From Selaginella moellendorffii (lineage: Eukaryota > Plantae > Lycopodiophyta): a stretch of 64,000 nt of DNA. The translations under genes were made by a program, and so were the position numbers. The notes below the pieces were generated by a model. It was not told the origin of the DNA and made no database searches. It worked only from the letters and a program-made list of their open reading frames with translations. The stretch lies in NCBI RefSeq assembly GCF_000143415.4, contig NW_003314311.1, positions 745,794-809,793 on the forward strand, in the 5' to 3' direction. Below, piece after piece: positions 11,284-23,716 of the stretch. Each line of letters begins with the position of its first letter. Position 1 is the first letter of the stretch.

Positions 11284-14200
11284 GATTGCTCTATAGTATG
11301 TATCAAATACAATAGACATGCTTTATACAAACTTATCTTTTCGTTCTCTACCTCATAAGAATGTCAGCTCTAGTGCTTACTCTTGGAGAGATTCATAATT
11401 AGGATGTATGCAAGGTCCTCAAATGGTTGGTCATAATGAAAAAAACAATAATAAAATGTAATAAAAAGATAGAAGAAATAAGAGATTACAACTCTTCTAG
11501 CCACTCCATCCCGAGGAAGGTAGTATATTTTACCCTTGTAGATAGCACAATATAGAGGAGGATTCTTGCAAAACCAACACTTAAATTTAATAGTAATGGT
11601 GTCACAGGTAGGAGGATTGGTTGTAAACCATTTGAAAAATATGAAATTTCTGTAATGATCTCGATTGCATGCTTCATCCATATAAATCAAATACTTGCCA
11701 TAGTGAATTATAGATATTATTTCTTCAAAATACTAGAAATATATAGTCTTGATCTTGTATTAGTTGTGGACATCCAACAGAAATATATAGTCTTGATCTC
11801 CATCCCCTTCCATTTGGATTTAGAGCTGTTGATAAGAAATGGTAGCTCAAAAAGGATGTTGCCATTGTAGGAGGATGGAAACTCACTTACGGGCATGTAT
11901 AAAAATAAGCACATGTTGACTAAAAAGAAGGAACATTGGAAAGCAATGTTAACAGCTTTGAATATTAGTGAAGATGAATCTAGTGAATTTAGGGCCAACA
12001 CTGACATGACTTCTCCCTTTGAGTTGGAAGAGGAAGAGAGAATGATGAGTGAATTTTACTTCACATTCACTTTGGCTAAACTGTGATTTAACACTTTCAC
12101 TTGAGATCCAAAATCTCAAATTTCCTTAGACTTAGAATTCTATAAATCCCATTATTATTTATCTTCACCCATACCAAAAAAAAAAGAAACTCCAAGCATG
12201 TAACCATACTATTGTCATGGCAAATGATAGCCTTCAATGAAGTAAAGCTAAAATGAAAGTTAAAATGCCAAAGTAAAAAACTTTCAGAAACAAGGCTTTG
12301 AGAGAATAAAACAGGTGGGTGATCTCAAAAATGTAGAAGAAAACCTCTCCATCATTTTTTATAGATTTTGGAATTTTCCATCTCTTTTATGCTACTTATA
12401 AAAATCCATATCAAAACATAAATTGAAATTTAAGGAGAGCAATAAGAAGAATGATAACAATGTACAAAATGAATTTAAATTATCTAACATATGCAAGTGT
12501 GAGAGTATTATCATGTGTTATGATGTCTGATGCATTCATGCAAATCTAAAAAAGGGTTTTTAGTACATGAAGTTTAATTGTCAGTGATGAAGTTAGTAAT
12601 GACATTATGCTTTGGCATAAAGATCCAAGATATCCAATCATGTGTAAAGTATTATGAGTTGGTCAAATCTTTAGTGTTAGGTGCTGTTAGTAATGATAAT
12701 TCTTTAATAACATAGATTTTATTCTTAATACAAGTTAAGTTTTATCCATATATGTGAACACTGCTGCACGTGCCTTTAGTTTAGGTTTGTATACAATATG
12801 AAATAAATTGATGGATGAGGATTCATCCATTCATAGATTAATATAGTAATGTAATATGCTAGATTTATACTCTTTAAATTTCTTGTAATGAATCTAAAAT
12901 ATGTATAAAATCTTGTTGAGAATGCATCTTTTCTATATAATTGGGAAAAAAATAATATTAAACCTCCATTAACTTAAACATTGAAAGGTGCTAGTTATAT
13001 CATCATTAATATATAATAATAGATAATATATCTTTTCTTATTGACAAGATAAAATAGGGTTTAAGGCCTTGGGCCAAGCTCAAGACTGGCCACCTCAAAT
13101 AGTTTCTAGCCCAAAGGGGCTGAGGTTATTCAAATAACCTTGGGGCCCTAGCCCAAAAATTGCTCAAGGTTAAGCTAGGGTGGGCCCCTTTAGGTAATTT
13201 TTGGCTCTAGAAGGCCAAAGTTATTCAAATATCCTCAACCTCCCAAGCCCAAAAACCACATGAGATAGAGCTTGAGCTGGCCACCTTAGGTAGTTTTTGT
13301 CCTCAAGGGGCCAAAGTTATTCAAATAACCTTGGGCCCCCAGGCCCAGAAACTATCTAAGGTAGAGCTTGAGCTTGCCACCTCAGCCAGTTTCTAGCCTT
13401 AGGGGCCGAGGTTATTCTAATAACCTCGGGCTCCTAGGCTTAGAAACTGCCCAAAATCAAGCTTGGGTTAGCCATCTTGGGCAATTTCTAGCCTTAGAGG
13501 GTTGAAGTTAGTTAGATAACCTTGGGCCTTTAAGCTTAGAAATTGCCCAAGGTTAAGCTTGAGTTGGCCACCTTAGGTAGTTTATTGCCCTAGAAGGCCA
13601 AGGATATTTAAATAACCTTGGACCCCCAGGCCATAGAACTGCCCAAGGTTGAACTCGTGCCGGCCACCTTGAGCAATTTCTTGCCCTGGGGATTTGAATA
13701 ATCTCAACCCTATAGGCCTAGAAACTGCTTGAGGTTGAGCTCGAGTTGGCCATTTTGTTTGTCTTTTGAAAACAACTGCTTGATTTTCTTATTCTCTTTA
13801 TTTAGTTTCACTAACTAAAATTCTTTTCTTGCAAAAAAGAAAAATAATACCACTGTAGTATTGTAGGTGTTTTTATCAGGTCCTACAATTGATTGTTGAT
13901 ATATTTCAAGATGACATGACTATGGACATCTAGGTAGTTTAACCATTGGTGCCAAAAGATACAAAGGCCATTACTCCCAATTGCAAAGTTTATTTTCTTC
14001 AACTTTCCAGATGGTCTTTTAGAGATTGAATTTTTGTATAGTGAGTGTGTAGTGCATTTTGCCTAGGGATGATAGTGCAACTAACATCATACCCAATCTT
14101 GTGGTTGAGCAAATTCACAACACATTTTCTGGGTACTAATTTTGAATTCTATCAATGATGCAAGTCTTGCTTGAGTTTTATTACCCACCAGATAGTGTTG

Positions 14201-14745
14201 TGATTGATTGCATAGTAACTAGTGGTTCTATGGTAGAGGTAGTATATAACTTTGGTAGATTGGTATTTGTTTTTGAAAAACATCATTTTTTCAAACACCA
14301 TAGCTACCTCCAATTTCAAGAAAGTAAATTATGTTTACTAAGATTTCAATACATGTTTAGTTCTGTTTTATAAATTATAATCACCTAGAGTTTTTAGAGT
14401 TGAAGGTTTTAAAAGTCTCTTAAAGTATGCAAAAGCTATGGCTCAACAAATGCAAAGTGAGCACAATCCTAATCTAGAAGGAGGCATAGAAGGAATTGAT
14501 ATGTTGATGATGAGGTAGAAGAAAATTAAATGGATCTTTACTTGAAACGAAAATCTTGTCATATATCAAAATGTTGGTAATAGTGTTAGTGTTAGTTGTT
14601 AGTGTTAATGCTAGATATAATAATTGGAGATTGGTATTCTTACATGCAACCGTCAGTTTGTAGTGCTTGTGTGTTGCCATCTCATCCTTCAATATCTTGT
14701 AAAAAATATATATGAAGTGATAACACCGCTTATGTAGTAGTTGCA
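11284..14745 (-). mobile_element. Internally deleted, decayed, inverted copy of Element B
   Basis: Reverse-complement matches to ~50720-50911, ~48100-49620 (YNGNILFELP..WKGMEIK), the 96-bp array (13065-13752), the MTase SAM-motif exon (ORF 14155..14373) and the ~43100-43500 region. Confidence 0.85.
13065..13752. repeat. Decayed copy of the 96-bp palindromic tandem array (~7 units)
   Basis: Repeated GAGGTTATTCAAATAACCT cores with CpG-to-TpG decay. Confidence 0.85.
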
Positions 14746-15363
14746 ACAATGCTATGAGCACAAAGCAATTGGTATGTGAGTCTCAAGAAAGGGACAAAAT
14801 AATGATTGATATATGGAAGTATCGAGACTAAGCCCAAGATGGAGTCTAAGAAGGAGTCTAAGATGAAGTTCAAGATCAAGACCGAAATGAGTCTGAAGTT
14901 GAGATTAAGATCAAGACTGAGAAGACCAGAATTAAGTCTGAGATTGAAATTAAGACTAGAATCTAGACTGCGATCGAGATCATGATCGAGTTTGAGACCA
15001 AGACCAAGTTCGAGACCAAGTTCGAAACCAAAATTGAGTCTAAGTCCGAATCCAAGTCTGATTTCGAGTTCGAGTCTGAGTCTGAGGGTGAAAGCCCAAG
15101 CAATCATCTTTTAGACCCTAGAAGGTTTGGTAAGTCCCTATAGGATAGTAAGGGGAGGACTTTAGTGGAATTAATTTAGTCAAGGAAGGCCAATGTGATC
15201 AAGGAAGGTTACACTTATGTGTTGAGTGATGATATAAACACTAAAGAGTCTAATGCTAGAGTGAACATGGATGGATAAGTAAAGTGATTTAGTGAAGAGT
15301 TCAAGAGTCAACTCTAGCTCTCTCGAGAGATTGAATGGTCAATACTCTTAATTCAAGTGTGGG
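14746..15363 (-). repeat. Fragment of the ~1.7-kb (GACTCG)n-containing LTR family, truncated by the LTR at 15364
   Basis: Reverse-complement similarity to 17700-18470. Confidence 0.7.
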
Positions 15364-16800
15364 TGTTAGGATGTGGCCACACTTAGCCTTTTAGAGAGTG
15401 TATGTGAGAGAGAGGGAGAATATATTAATTCCTAAAATATTTCCCATCCTCCTCGTATAAACCCTTACCCCACAAGGGCAAGGGGGAAAGGGCATTTGTG
15501 ATGAGCATTGGAGCATTTTTTTATGTTGAGCAAGCATTAGGGCATACCTTTCATTCCCTCAATAAATGGTGAACCTAGCATAATTGCACATTGCTTGCTA
15601 TAAAGGCATTTTTCTCTTTTTCTTTTAGCTGTGGATTTTGAGGAGTGATTTCTTGTTTGTCTTGCGACAGATTTGCTTGATCTTGGGTGAATTGGATAGG
15701 TCTAGTTCTCCTATTTCTGGAAAAATATAGCTCTCATCAAAATGTGTAGTATTTAAGAAGATACAATGTTTCTTGTCTCAATTTGGTGAACATTTACCCA
15801 GATTCTCAACCCAATTTCTCAAAGAGGTGCATTTAAGTTTGAAGGTTTGGCTTATATCTATATATAGAGGTGATTCTTGGTTCCAAATTTGAGAGAATTC
15901 ATGGTATGCAAAAGTATTTTCTTCTCCAGAAAAATAGGGGTGTCTTTGCAATAGGAATTTGGCTTCTCCAGGCTTTGTTTTGGATGTTATGTATTTCTTG
16001 AGTGCTTTTGGTCCTAGGCTTTCTAATAATGCCTTTGGCATCTTGGTATCAATCTAGATTGGTGACACGTAAATAGTTTTTCACAATATTGGTGTTCTAA
16101 GTTTACGTTTCTTGTATTTTGGGAGATATTGAAGCATTTTCATCACAAAGTTTTAGACTAGGGTTGTAGATTGAGTTGAGGTCTTTCCAACAAGCCTATT
16201 TATAGTCAGAATGGTGAAAGATCAAGACTAAAATACTCATTTTCCTCTTTTAGGCTAAACCTTGGTGAAAGTTTCTTGAGAAAGAAGCAATATTTCTAGC
16301 AGATGTGTTTATAGGTGAATCTTGAGATATTGAAGGAGGTGCTCTGAAGAAAATTTACCAACCGAACCACATCTCCTTTCATTTTCAAACTTATTTCTCT
16401 TTGTCACAAGAATTTTAGGCAACTTTGAGCAACATGGAAACTTGGCAAAGGGTTCTAGGACATTTATTTTAGCTGAGGGCCCCTCTTTTTGTACTTTGGA
16501 GAAGTCTATAGCTTTATCGCTCTTGCCTATTCAATTGCCTCGACCTCACATTTGCAATACTCTTGCTAGTATAGACTACGTATGCAGCAAATTAGCACCT
16601 TTTACCATACTTCAAGGCCCCAAGGTACAATGTAAACTTTTTAGCATCTAGAGGCAATTTAGGTATGACATAGCATCTTCTAGAGATAAATTTTCTTCAT
16701 CCTTGGCAAATTTCAGCAACTTAGATTTGTAAGCTATGGTATAGCCACCTTTACCTCAACCTAGCTCCATGTTTTGCAAAAAGGGAGTGATCCATAAACC
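15364..16800 (+). mobile_element. 5' LTR (15364-15564) + tRNA-Trp-type PBS + 5' internal region of the short-LTR Ty3-like family
   Basis: LTR homologous to 25729-25920 and 29340-29529. PBS TGGTGAACCTAG. Internal region homologous to 25921-27130. Confidence 0.75.
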
Positions 16801-16983
16801 TTTTCAAGCATTGGAACAATCTCTCCAACATTTTATATCAACCGCTTTACTACACCATAAACATGGTCATCAATGATGATTGTGCCATGACTTCTTGAGG
16901 GTAAAGTGGCAACCTGGGCAAATTTTCTTTTCCTAAAGGACAAGATAAACTTCCAGACGCTATTTTCTTCCTTTAGAGAATGT

Positions 16984-18749
16984 TGTAAGCGACTAAATTT
17001 TCCATTCTACTTTAGTCACTTAACCACACCTCCGACCATTTGGAGGAGTCTCACTCACAAGTCCTATTTTAGACTTAGGGACTTGCTAGCCCAAGAATGG
17101 CATCCATGCCACTCAACCATTGCACTTGGTCCAAGTGCTTCATGTGTCCGATCCAATGATCGACACCCCAAGGTACCATCGACATATTGGCCTGTTACGC
17201 TAAGGCTATACCCATTCACCTTGGTCACACCAGTGGTCTGACACCACCTCCATCACAGTCCCGTCTCTCAAAGACTAGGCCATCCGTCCATAAGCAATCA
17301 TCCCATATTCACTCCTTAGCATCCTTAGGATGCCCACAGATATGGGGAATAGCCTTCCCCAATATCGCTTTTCTGGTCCTCACCAAGTCCCTTTCTGCTC
17401 ATGGCCGTGTTCGCCAACACTGCCACTGGATCGAGGCCCACCGGCCCGACTGCTAAGTCCACCACTAAGACCTCTGGGACTTCCTCACCACCCGACTGTA
17501 TCCTTGGTCACTACACCAAAGGACTACTCCTCTTCCTTTCCACAGTCTGGGCCTTTGGGACAACATTTTGGAACACCGTGGCCTTACACGAGCCTCATGG
17601 GTACTCTCCCCACCTTCTGCCTTTGGGTGCTCTAGCCATGGGTTTAGAGCGAGGTTCCGTTAAGCCACACCAGGTATCCAAGTATGTAGTGCCACCCACA
17701 CTTGGACTAGGAGCATCAGCCAGCCAATCTCCCGGGGGAACTAGAGCTGGCTCTTGAACATTTCACCAAGCTACCCCACTTGTCGGTCTGTGTTCACTCT
17801 AGTCTTGGACATCCCAGTGGGCAGCTCCTCACCCAACATTGGGTATAGCTTTCCTGGGCCAAACTGGCCTTTCCTGGCCAAACTGGCTCCATTGCAGTCC
17901 TCCTCCTCACTATACTTTTGGAGCTCACCAAACCCCCCAGGGTCTGGGAGATGAACGCTTTGGGCTTTCACCCTCTCAGACTCGAACTCGGACTCGGACT
18001 CGGACTCAGACTCGGACTCGGACTCGGGTTCGGACTCAGACTCGGACTCGGGTTCGGACTCGGACTCGGACTCGGGCTCGAGCTCGGTCTCGGTCTCGGT
18101 CCCAATCTTGGTCTCGGTCTCGATCCCGGTCTCGGTCCCGGTCTCGGTCTCGACCTCGGACTCCATCTCGGGTCCATCTCGGACTCCATCTTGGACTCCA
18201 TCTCGGGTCCATCTCGAACTCCATTTCGAACTCCGTATCGGTCCATCTCGGACTCCATCTCGGGTCCATCTCGAACTCCATTTCGAACTCCGTATCGGTC
18301 CATCTCGGACTCCATCTCGGGTCCATCTCAGGTCCATCTCGGACTCCATCTCGAACTCCAACTCGGGTCCATCTCGGACTCCATCTCGGACACTTCCACG
18401 TGTCATGTGTTGGTCCTTTTGGGTCCCTTTTTGGAGCCTCGCTTATTGCTCGCTTCGTGCTCGTTCATCAAGCACTTTGTTGGGAGTTCCACTCCCGCTC
18501 TCGACCTTTCAAATTAGAGCTTTTAGTCCAAACGTGTTATGCTCGTTTGGCTTTTGCTTCGGCCACTACCACGTGGTGCCCTTTCGGCTCCACTTTGGGC
18601 CTTAGGGATATGTGTCTCACATTCGGCCACTACCACGTGGTGCCCTTTCAGCTCCACTTTGGGCCTTAGGGATATGTGTCTCACATTTGGCCACTACCAC
18701 GTGGTGCCCTTTCGGCTCCACTTTGGGCCTTAGGGATTTGTGTCTCAAA
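16984..18749 (+). mobile_element. Solo LTR (~1.77 kb) containing a (GACTCG/CTCGGA)n microsatellite and 3x ~63-bp terminal repeats
   Basis: Starts TGTAAG and ends TCTCAAA (TCTCACA in the sister copy). 5-bp TSD AATGT at 16979-16983 and 18750-18754. Homologous to 22051-23716. Confidence 0.85.
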
Positions 18750-18799
18750 AATGTTTCATTAAAGAAAAATAAGTAAATCAACTACTTGTCAATTGTTTT

Positions 18800-20450
18800 T
18801 TGTTTCGGCAAGATGCTCATGAGTCTATCCTTGACTACATCACCAAGTTTTGAGCATATTAGAAGTAGTGTTGGGATCACAATATGGTCTAGAACGAGCA
18901 ATAGGGGATCATAGCATTCACATCAGACTTATGCGGGAACTTGTAGCGGAAACTTTTCAAGAAGACATTTAGGTCTTATTACGAGGCATTTTCATTTGCC
19001 ACAAAGCTGGAAAGAGAGTTGCTTATCTACTTGGGGATTACTAGAGTTGAGTTTGACTTAGCCATCACCTTGTTGGAGTCACCTTGTGTAGTGGTTCACC
19101 TACCCCCACCAAAGCCTGTCACTGTTGAACACACACCTTTGGCTATTAAGAACTTTGCCAACAAAATGTGATAGCTAAAGGAGATCATTCTTTTGCAACA
19201 AACACAGCATGACAAGTTGCTCTAGGAGCTTGTGGAGTCCAAGAAAGAAGTTGTAGTAGCTTGGGAATGCCAATTCAAGTCTCATTGGTGCATTCACTAC
19301 GAGACAAACACACACAACATGCAGTGTTGCTTTAAGCTTCACATAGAGCTTTAAGCTCTGCCTTCTTAGTGTGCCTAAAAATGTCCCTTCACTGACAACT
19401 CCACACCATCTCATGGTCCAGAGACATACCAAGAGCAATTGGAGCAACAAACAATTGAAGCAACCTCTTTGTCAAACAAAGGGAAAGCACTAGCCCCATT
19501 GGTTAATATGATCTTGGTAGCTAAGGACCTCTACAAATAGCAACAATAAACTGCAGCCATTTGAGCCCAAGCAAAGAAAAAGGTGGCTGCTTAGCTCGTT
19601 GTGGATCCCTTAACACCAATTGTGAGTGAATATTTCTCTACACCAAATCTAGTGACACAATAGATGGCTTGTAAGCTCCCTTTCAACTCACTACTTTCCT
19701 CTCCTCTTGGGATCTCACTAACTGCTATTTATGAAAATTTGTTCTAAGTGTAAAAGGTGGTTGTCAAAAGAGTCAAAGGCCATGCGTAAATCATCTATAT
19801 ACACCCCTAAGACTCTCTAATCAAGTCGTGAAAGGCATGGTCATAAAGTGCTGAAAACTAACTCCAACATTGCATAAGCCAAATGGTAGAACATTAAAAA
19901 CAAAGACACCCCAAGGTGTTCAGAAGGCCATAAGATCTCAATGATCGGGATGGATGAAGATCTAGTTATACCCTGAAAAACTATCCATAAAAGAGTAGTA
20001 ATGGTGTCCAACCATCTCATCCATAATCGCATCAATAAATGGCATTGGGAAGTGATTTTTTGCAATTGTCTTGTTTAAATCTCAAACGTCAATATAAAGG
20101 TAAAGTTTTCTATTTGCCTTGCGTTCATGGACAAAGTTGGCCACCCACTCTGAGTTCTCCAAAGGGTAAATAAAGCCAACTGTTAGAAGTCACTCAATCT
20201 CCAACTTCATCTCCAAGTGAGGTATCAAGTTGAAATGCCACATCTTTTAATAGACTAATTTAGCTTACTTAGAAAGCACTATGTTGTATATGATTGTGTC
20301 CATGGGGACTCCTAAAAGCTAGCTATAGTCCCAAGCAAACATGTCCTTGAAACAGTGAAGGAGATCTAGCAACTTTGTTGTGTTTGTTGAAGTAAGTGAT
20401 ATGGTGATGAAAACCAAATCCTTATTATCACTGTTGTATCGAGAACTTGA
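18800..20450 (-). pseudogene. Degenerate Ty3/gypsy RT-RNase H remnant
   Basis: Minus frame reads NHFPMPFIDAIMDEMVGHHYYSFMDSFSGYN, TPWGVF..LPFGLCN and VYIDD; many stops and frameshifts. Confidence 0.8.
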
Positions 20451-21562
20451 TGTCATAGCAAATCCCCATTGGAGGAATAGCTCTTAGTGATCTATAACTA
20501 TGTTGAAAGACCAACTTTGAGAGAGATAATGTTGCTCCCAAAACTAGAGTTAACCAAAGCATCCATCTTATAAACCTGCATTAGGACAAAAAAAGGACCA
20601 AGATATTTTGTCATGTCAGCAATGTGCACCTCTTGAAGGGTTGTGTTGAGAGTGCTCTGTAGTGTTCATGATCTTGCAAATTCTTCCAAATGCTAGCTGA
20701 AGCCAAGGACAAGGCACAACATTTCATAAAGGGAAAAGGTAACAAGAGTGTCAATTAGCTACTAAAGAATTGGCTCCGCATTGCATCCTATAGTACAAAC
20801 AGAACAATAGAGAATTGCGTATCTCCTATCATCATATATCACTATCTGTCGACAATATAAATTTACTTTGAACCCAAAAAAGTGTAAGTTCAAGGTGATT
20901 AAAGGCTAGTTGTTAGGCTTTGATGTCTCATATGATGGGATTAAGCCTCAGACAGCCAAGGCTTGTGAGATTTTAGATCAGCCCTTGCTGTAAGCTCATA
21001 AATTTGGACTTTATGGGAGGTCACTCAACCCATTACTTTACTCAAACCTATAAATTGCCCAAGAATGGTAAGTGTAAAAATGATGAAAAATAGGGTGATA
21101 TAGTAGAGTGTTGAGATGGTGGTGGCACTCTAAAGAGGTGGCTATCTTTAAAAGCATCAAGACTATGGTCTAATATGTTAGACTAAAGAAATTACAATTG
21201 AAAAGGATAGCATAGTTGTTGGATTGTTGGTAAAGAGAGGTGGTATATGCCCATTGAGGATAGAGCTAAAGGAAATGACTTCGGCTTTTATGGCCTTCCT
21301 TAAGGATCCATTTAGGTGCCTTGAGTGAATGGGTCCACCTGTCTAGAAGAAGGTTGCTCCAAAAAGGCTAGTACATTATCAGTAAATGGTCATAATGGTA
21401 TTTTGAAAATAGCATATCCAAATGAGATGATGTCTTTTGCTACTAGTGCGTGTATGTGTGTCCGTGATATGGTGTAAAGATGACTTCAAACGAAGTTGTG
21501 GATGATGGTAAAAGAATGAAGATGCAAGATGGGCATTTGGAAGTGAAGTGAGTGCATACAAT

Positions 21563-21925
21563 TGTAAGCAACCAAAGGGAACACTCGAGAGACGATCCAT
21601 GGGGTTCAAATATAAATGGAAAGGGCCCATGAATAAAAATGCACCTCCTTTTCCAATCGGTTAAGGGTCTTGAGATACTTGGGGTTATGCGTTCTTGGGT
21701 TTAAATAGTACCGGGCTGGGTGATCTCCCGAGAAGTCCAAATTTATGAGCTTACATTTAGTATTAGAGGGGTCTCGGGTCTGACTTTGTTGGTGGCTAAA
21801 GAAATCACACCATATATTGCATTTGGCAGGTCTAGTTTGCTCCTAGCTAGGCTCAACTCGAAGGGTAGAGTGTCAAGAGAGTGGGTCTCTTGGGAGAGCT
21901 ATAGCTTTCAACTTCTGTTCACGAG
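21563..21925 (+). mobile_element. 194-bp-family LTR (21563-21755) + Met-type PBS + very short internal region (TRIM-like, truncated)
   Basis: TGTAAG..CTTACA followed by TTTAGTATTAGAG (decayed TGGTATCAGAG). 21840-21925 matches the sequence next to the LTR at 63016-63130. Confidence 0.7.
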
Positions 21926-22050
21926 AGAATGTTGCTAGAAGTGATTGGTGATAAATTTGTGAGTGTAGATGACATGGAATGTAAATGTAAATAATAGGGA
22001 AGGGTCAAAAAACCTAAGCCAAATGAGGAACCTCTATACAAATAGCAATG

Positions 22051-23716
22051 TGTGAGATACAAATCCCTAAGCCCTAAAGTGGAGCCAAAAGAGTTCCACG
22101 TAGAAGTGGCTGAAGCGAAAGCCAAACAAGCATAACACATTTGGACTAAGAGCTTCGAGTTAAAAAGTTGAGAGCAGGAGTGGAACTCCCAAAGAAGTGT
22201 TTGAGGAATGAGCACAAAGCAAGTAATAAGTGAGTCCCCAAAATAGGGACACAAAAGGACTAACACATGACACATGGCCGAAGCGAAAGCCAAACAAGCG
22301 TAACACATTTGGACTAAAAGCTTCAACTTGAAAAGTCGAGAGCGGGAGTGGAACTTTTAAAGAAGTGTTCAAGGAATGAGCACAAAGCGAGTAATAAGTG
22401 AGTCCCCAAAATAGGGACACAAAAGGACTAACATGTGACACATGGAAGTGTCCGAGATGGAGTCCAAGATGAACCCGAGATAGACCTAAAATGGAGTCTG
22501 AGATGGACTCTGAGATGGAGTTTGAGATGGAACCGAGACCAAGTCTGAGTTTGAGTGTTCAAAGAACGAGCACAAAGCGAGTAATAAGTAAGTCCCCAAA
22601 ATAGAAACACAAAAGGACTAACATGTGACATGTAGAAGTGTTCGAGATGGACCCGAGATGGACCTAAAATGGAGTTTGAGATGGAGTCTAAGATGGAGTC
22701 TGAGATGAAGTCCAAGATGGAACCGAGACCGAGACCGAGACTAAGACTGAGTCCGAGTTCGAGTTCGAGTCCGAATACTAATACAAGCTATTGGGTGAAA
22801 GCCCAAAGCAATCGTCCCCGGAGGGCGGGGGGGGGGGGGGGGGGGCGGGGCTGCAAGGGGTTCCAAAGTATAGTAGGGAGTGTATGGGGGCTGGACCCTA
22901 GTCGAGCCAGTTTGGCCTAGGAAGGTGCCATACTCAGTTGCTAGGTGATGAACTAACCATTGGGAAGTCCAAGGGTAGAGTGAATACAGACTGATAAGTT
23001 GAGTAGCTTGGTGAAATATTCAAGAGCCGGCTTTAGTTCCTTCGGGAGATTGAATGGTCGATGCTCCTAGTCCAAGCATGGGTGGCACTACCTACTTGGA
23101 TACCTAGTGTGGCTCAACAGAACCTCGCTCTAAGTCCATGGCTAGAGCACCCAAAGGCAGAAGGTGGGGAGAGTACCCATGAGGCTTGCATAGGGCTATG
23201 GTGTTCCAAAATGTTATCCCCAAAGTCCCAGATTATGGAAAGGAAGAGGAGTAATCCTCTAGTGTGGCGACCAAAGATACAGTCATACAGTGAGGAAGTC
23301 CAAGAGGACAATGGGACTTGGTGGTCAAGCTTGTGGGCCTTGATCCAATGGCAATGTTGGCGAACACAGCTATGGACAGAAAGGGAACTTGGTGGGGACT
23401 GAAAAAGGGATATTGGGGAAGGTTGTTTCCTATATCTATGGCATCCTAAGGATGCTAAGGAGTGAATCTGGGATGACCACTCATGGACGAATGGCCCAGT
23501 CTTGGAGAAACAAGACTGTGATGCAGGTGGTATTGGCCCAACAGTGCGGCAAAGGTGATTGGCCATGGCCTTAGTGTAACAGGCTGATATGTCGGTGGTA
23601 CCTTTGAGTGTTGATCATGGGATTGGATATGTGGAGCCCTTGTGAATGAGACTCTTCCAAGTGGTCGAAGGTGTGGTTAAGTGACTAAAGTAGAATGGAA
23701 AAATTAATCACTTACA
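22051..23716 (-). mobile_element. Solo LTR (~1.67 kb), same family as 16984-18749
   Basis: TG..CA ends; 5-bp TSD CAATG at 22046-22050 and 23717-23721. Confidence 0.85.

Noticed and set aside
17771-18669. SR-, ES- or LG-repeat proteins (ORFs 17771, 17839, 17918, 17968, also 14730, 22669, 63462)
   Set aside because: Translations of a hexamer microsatellite inside solo LTRs, open in several frames.
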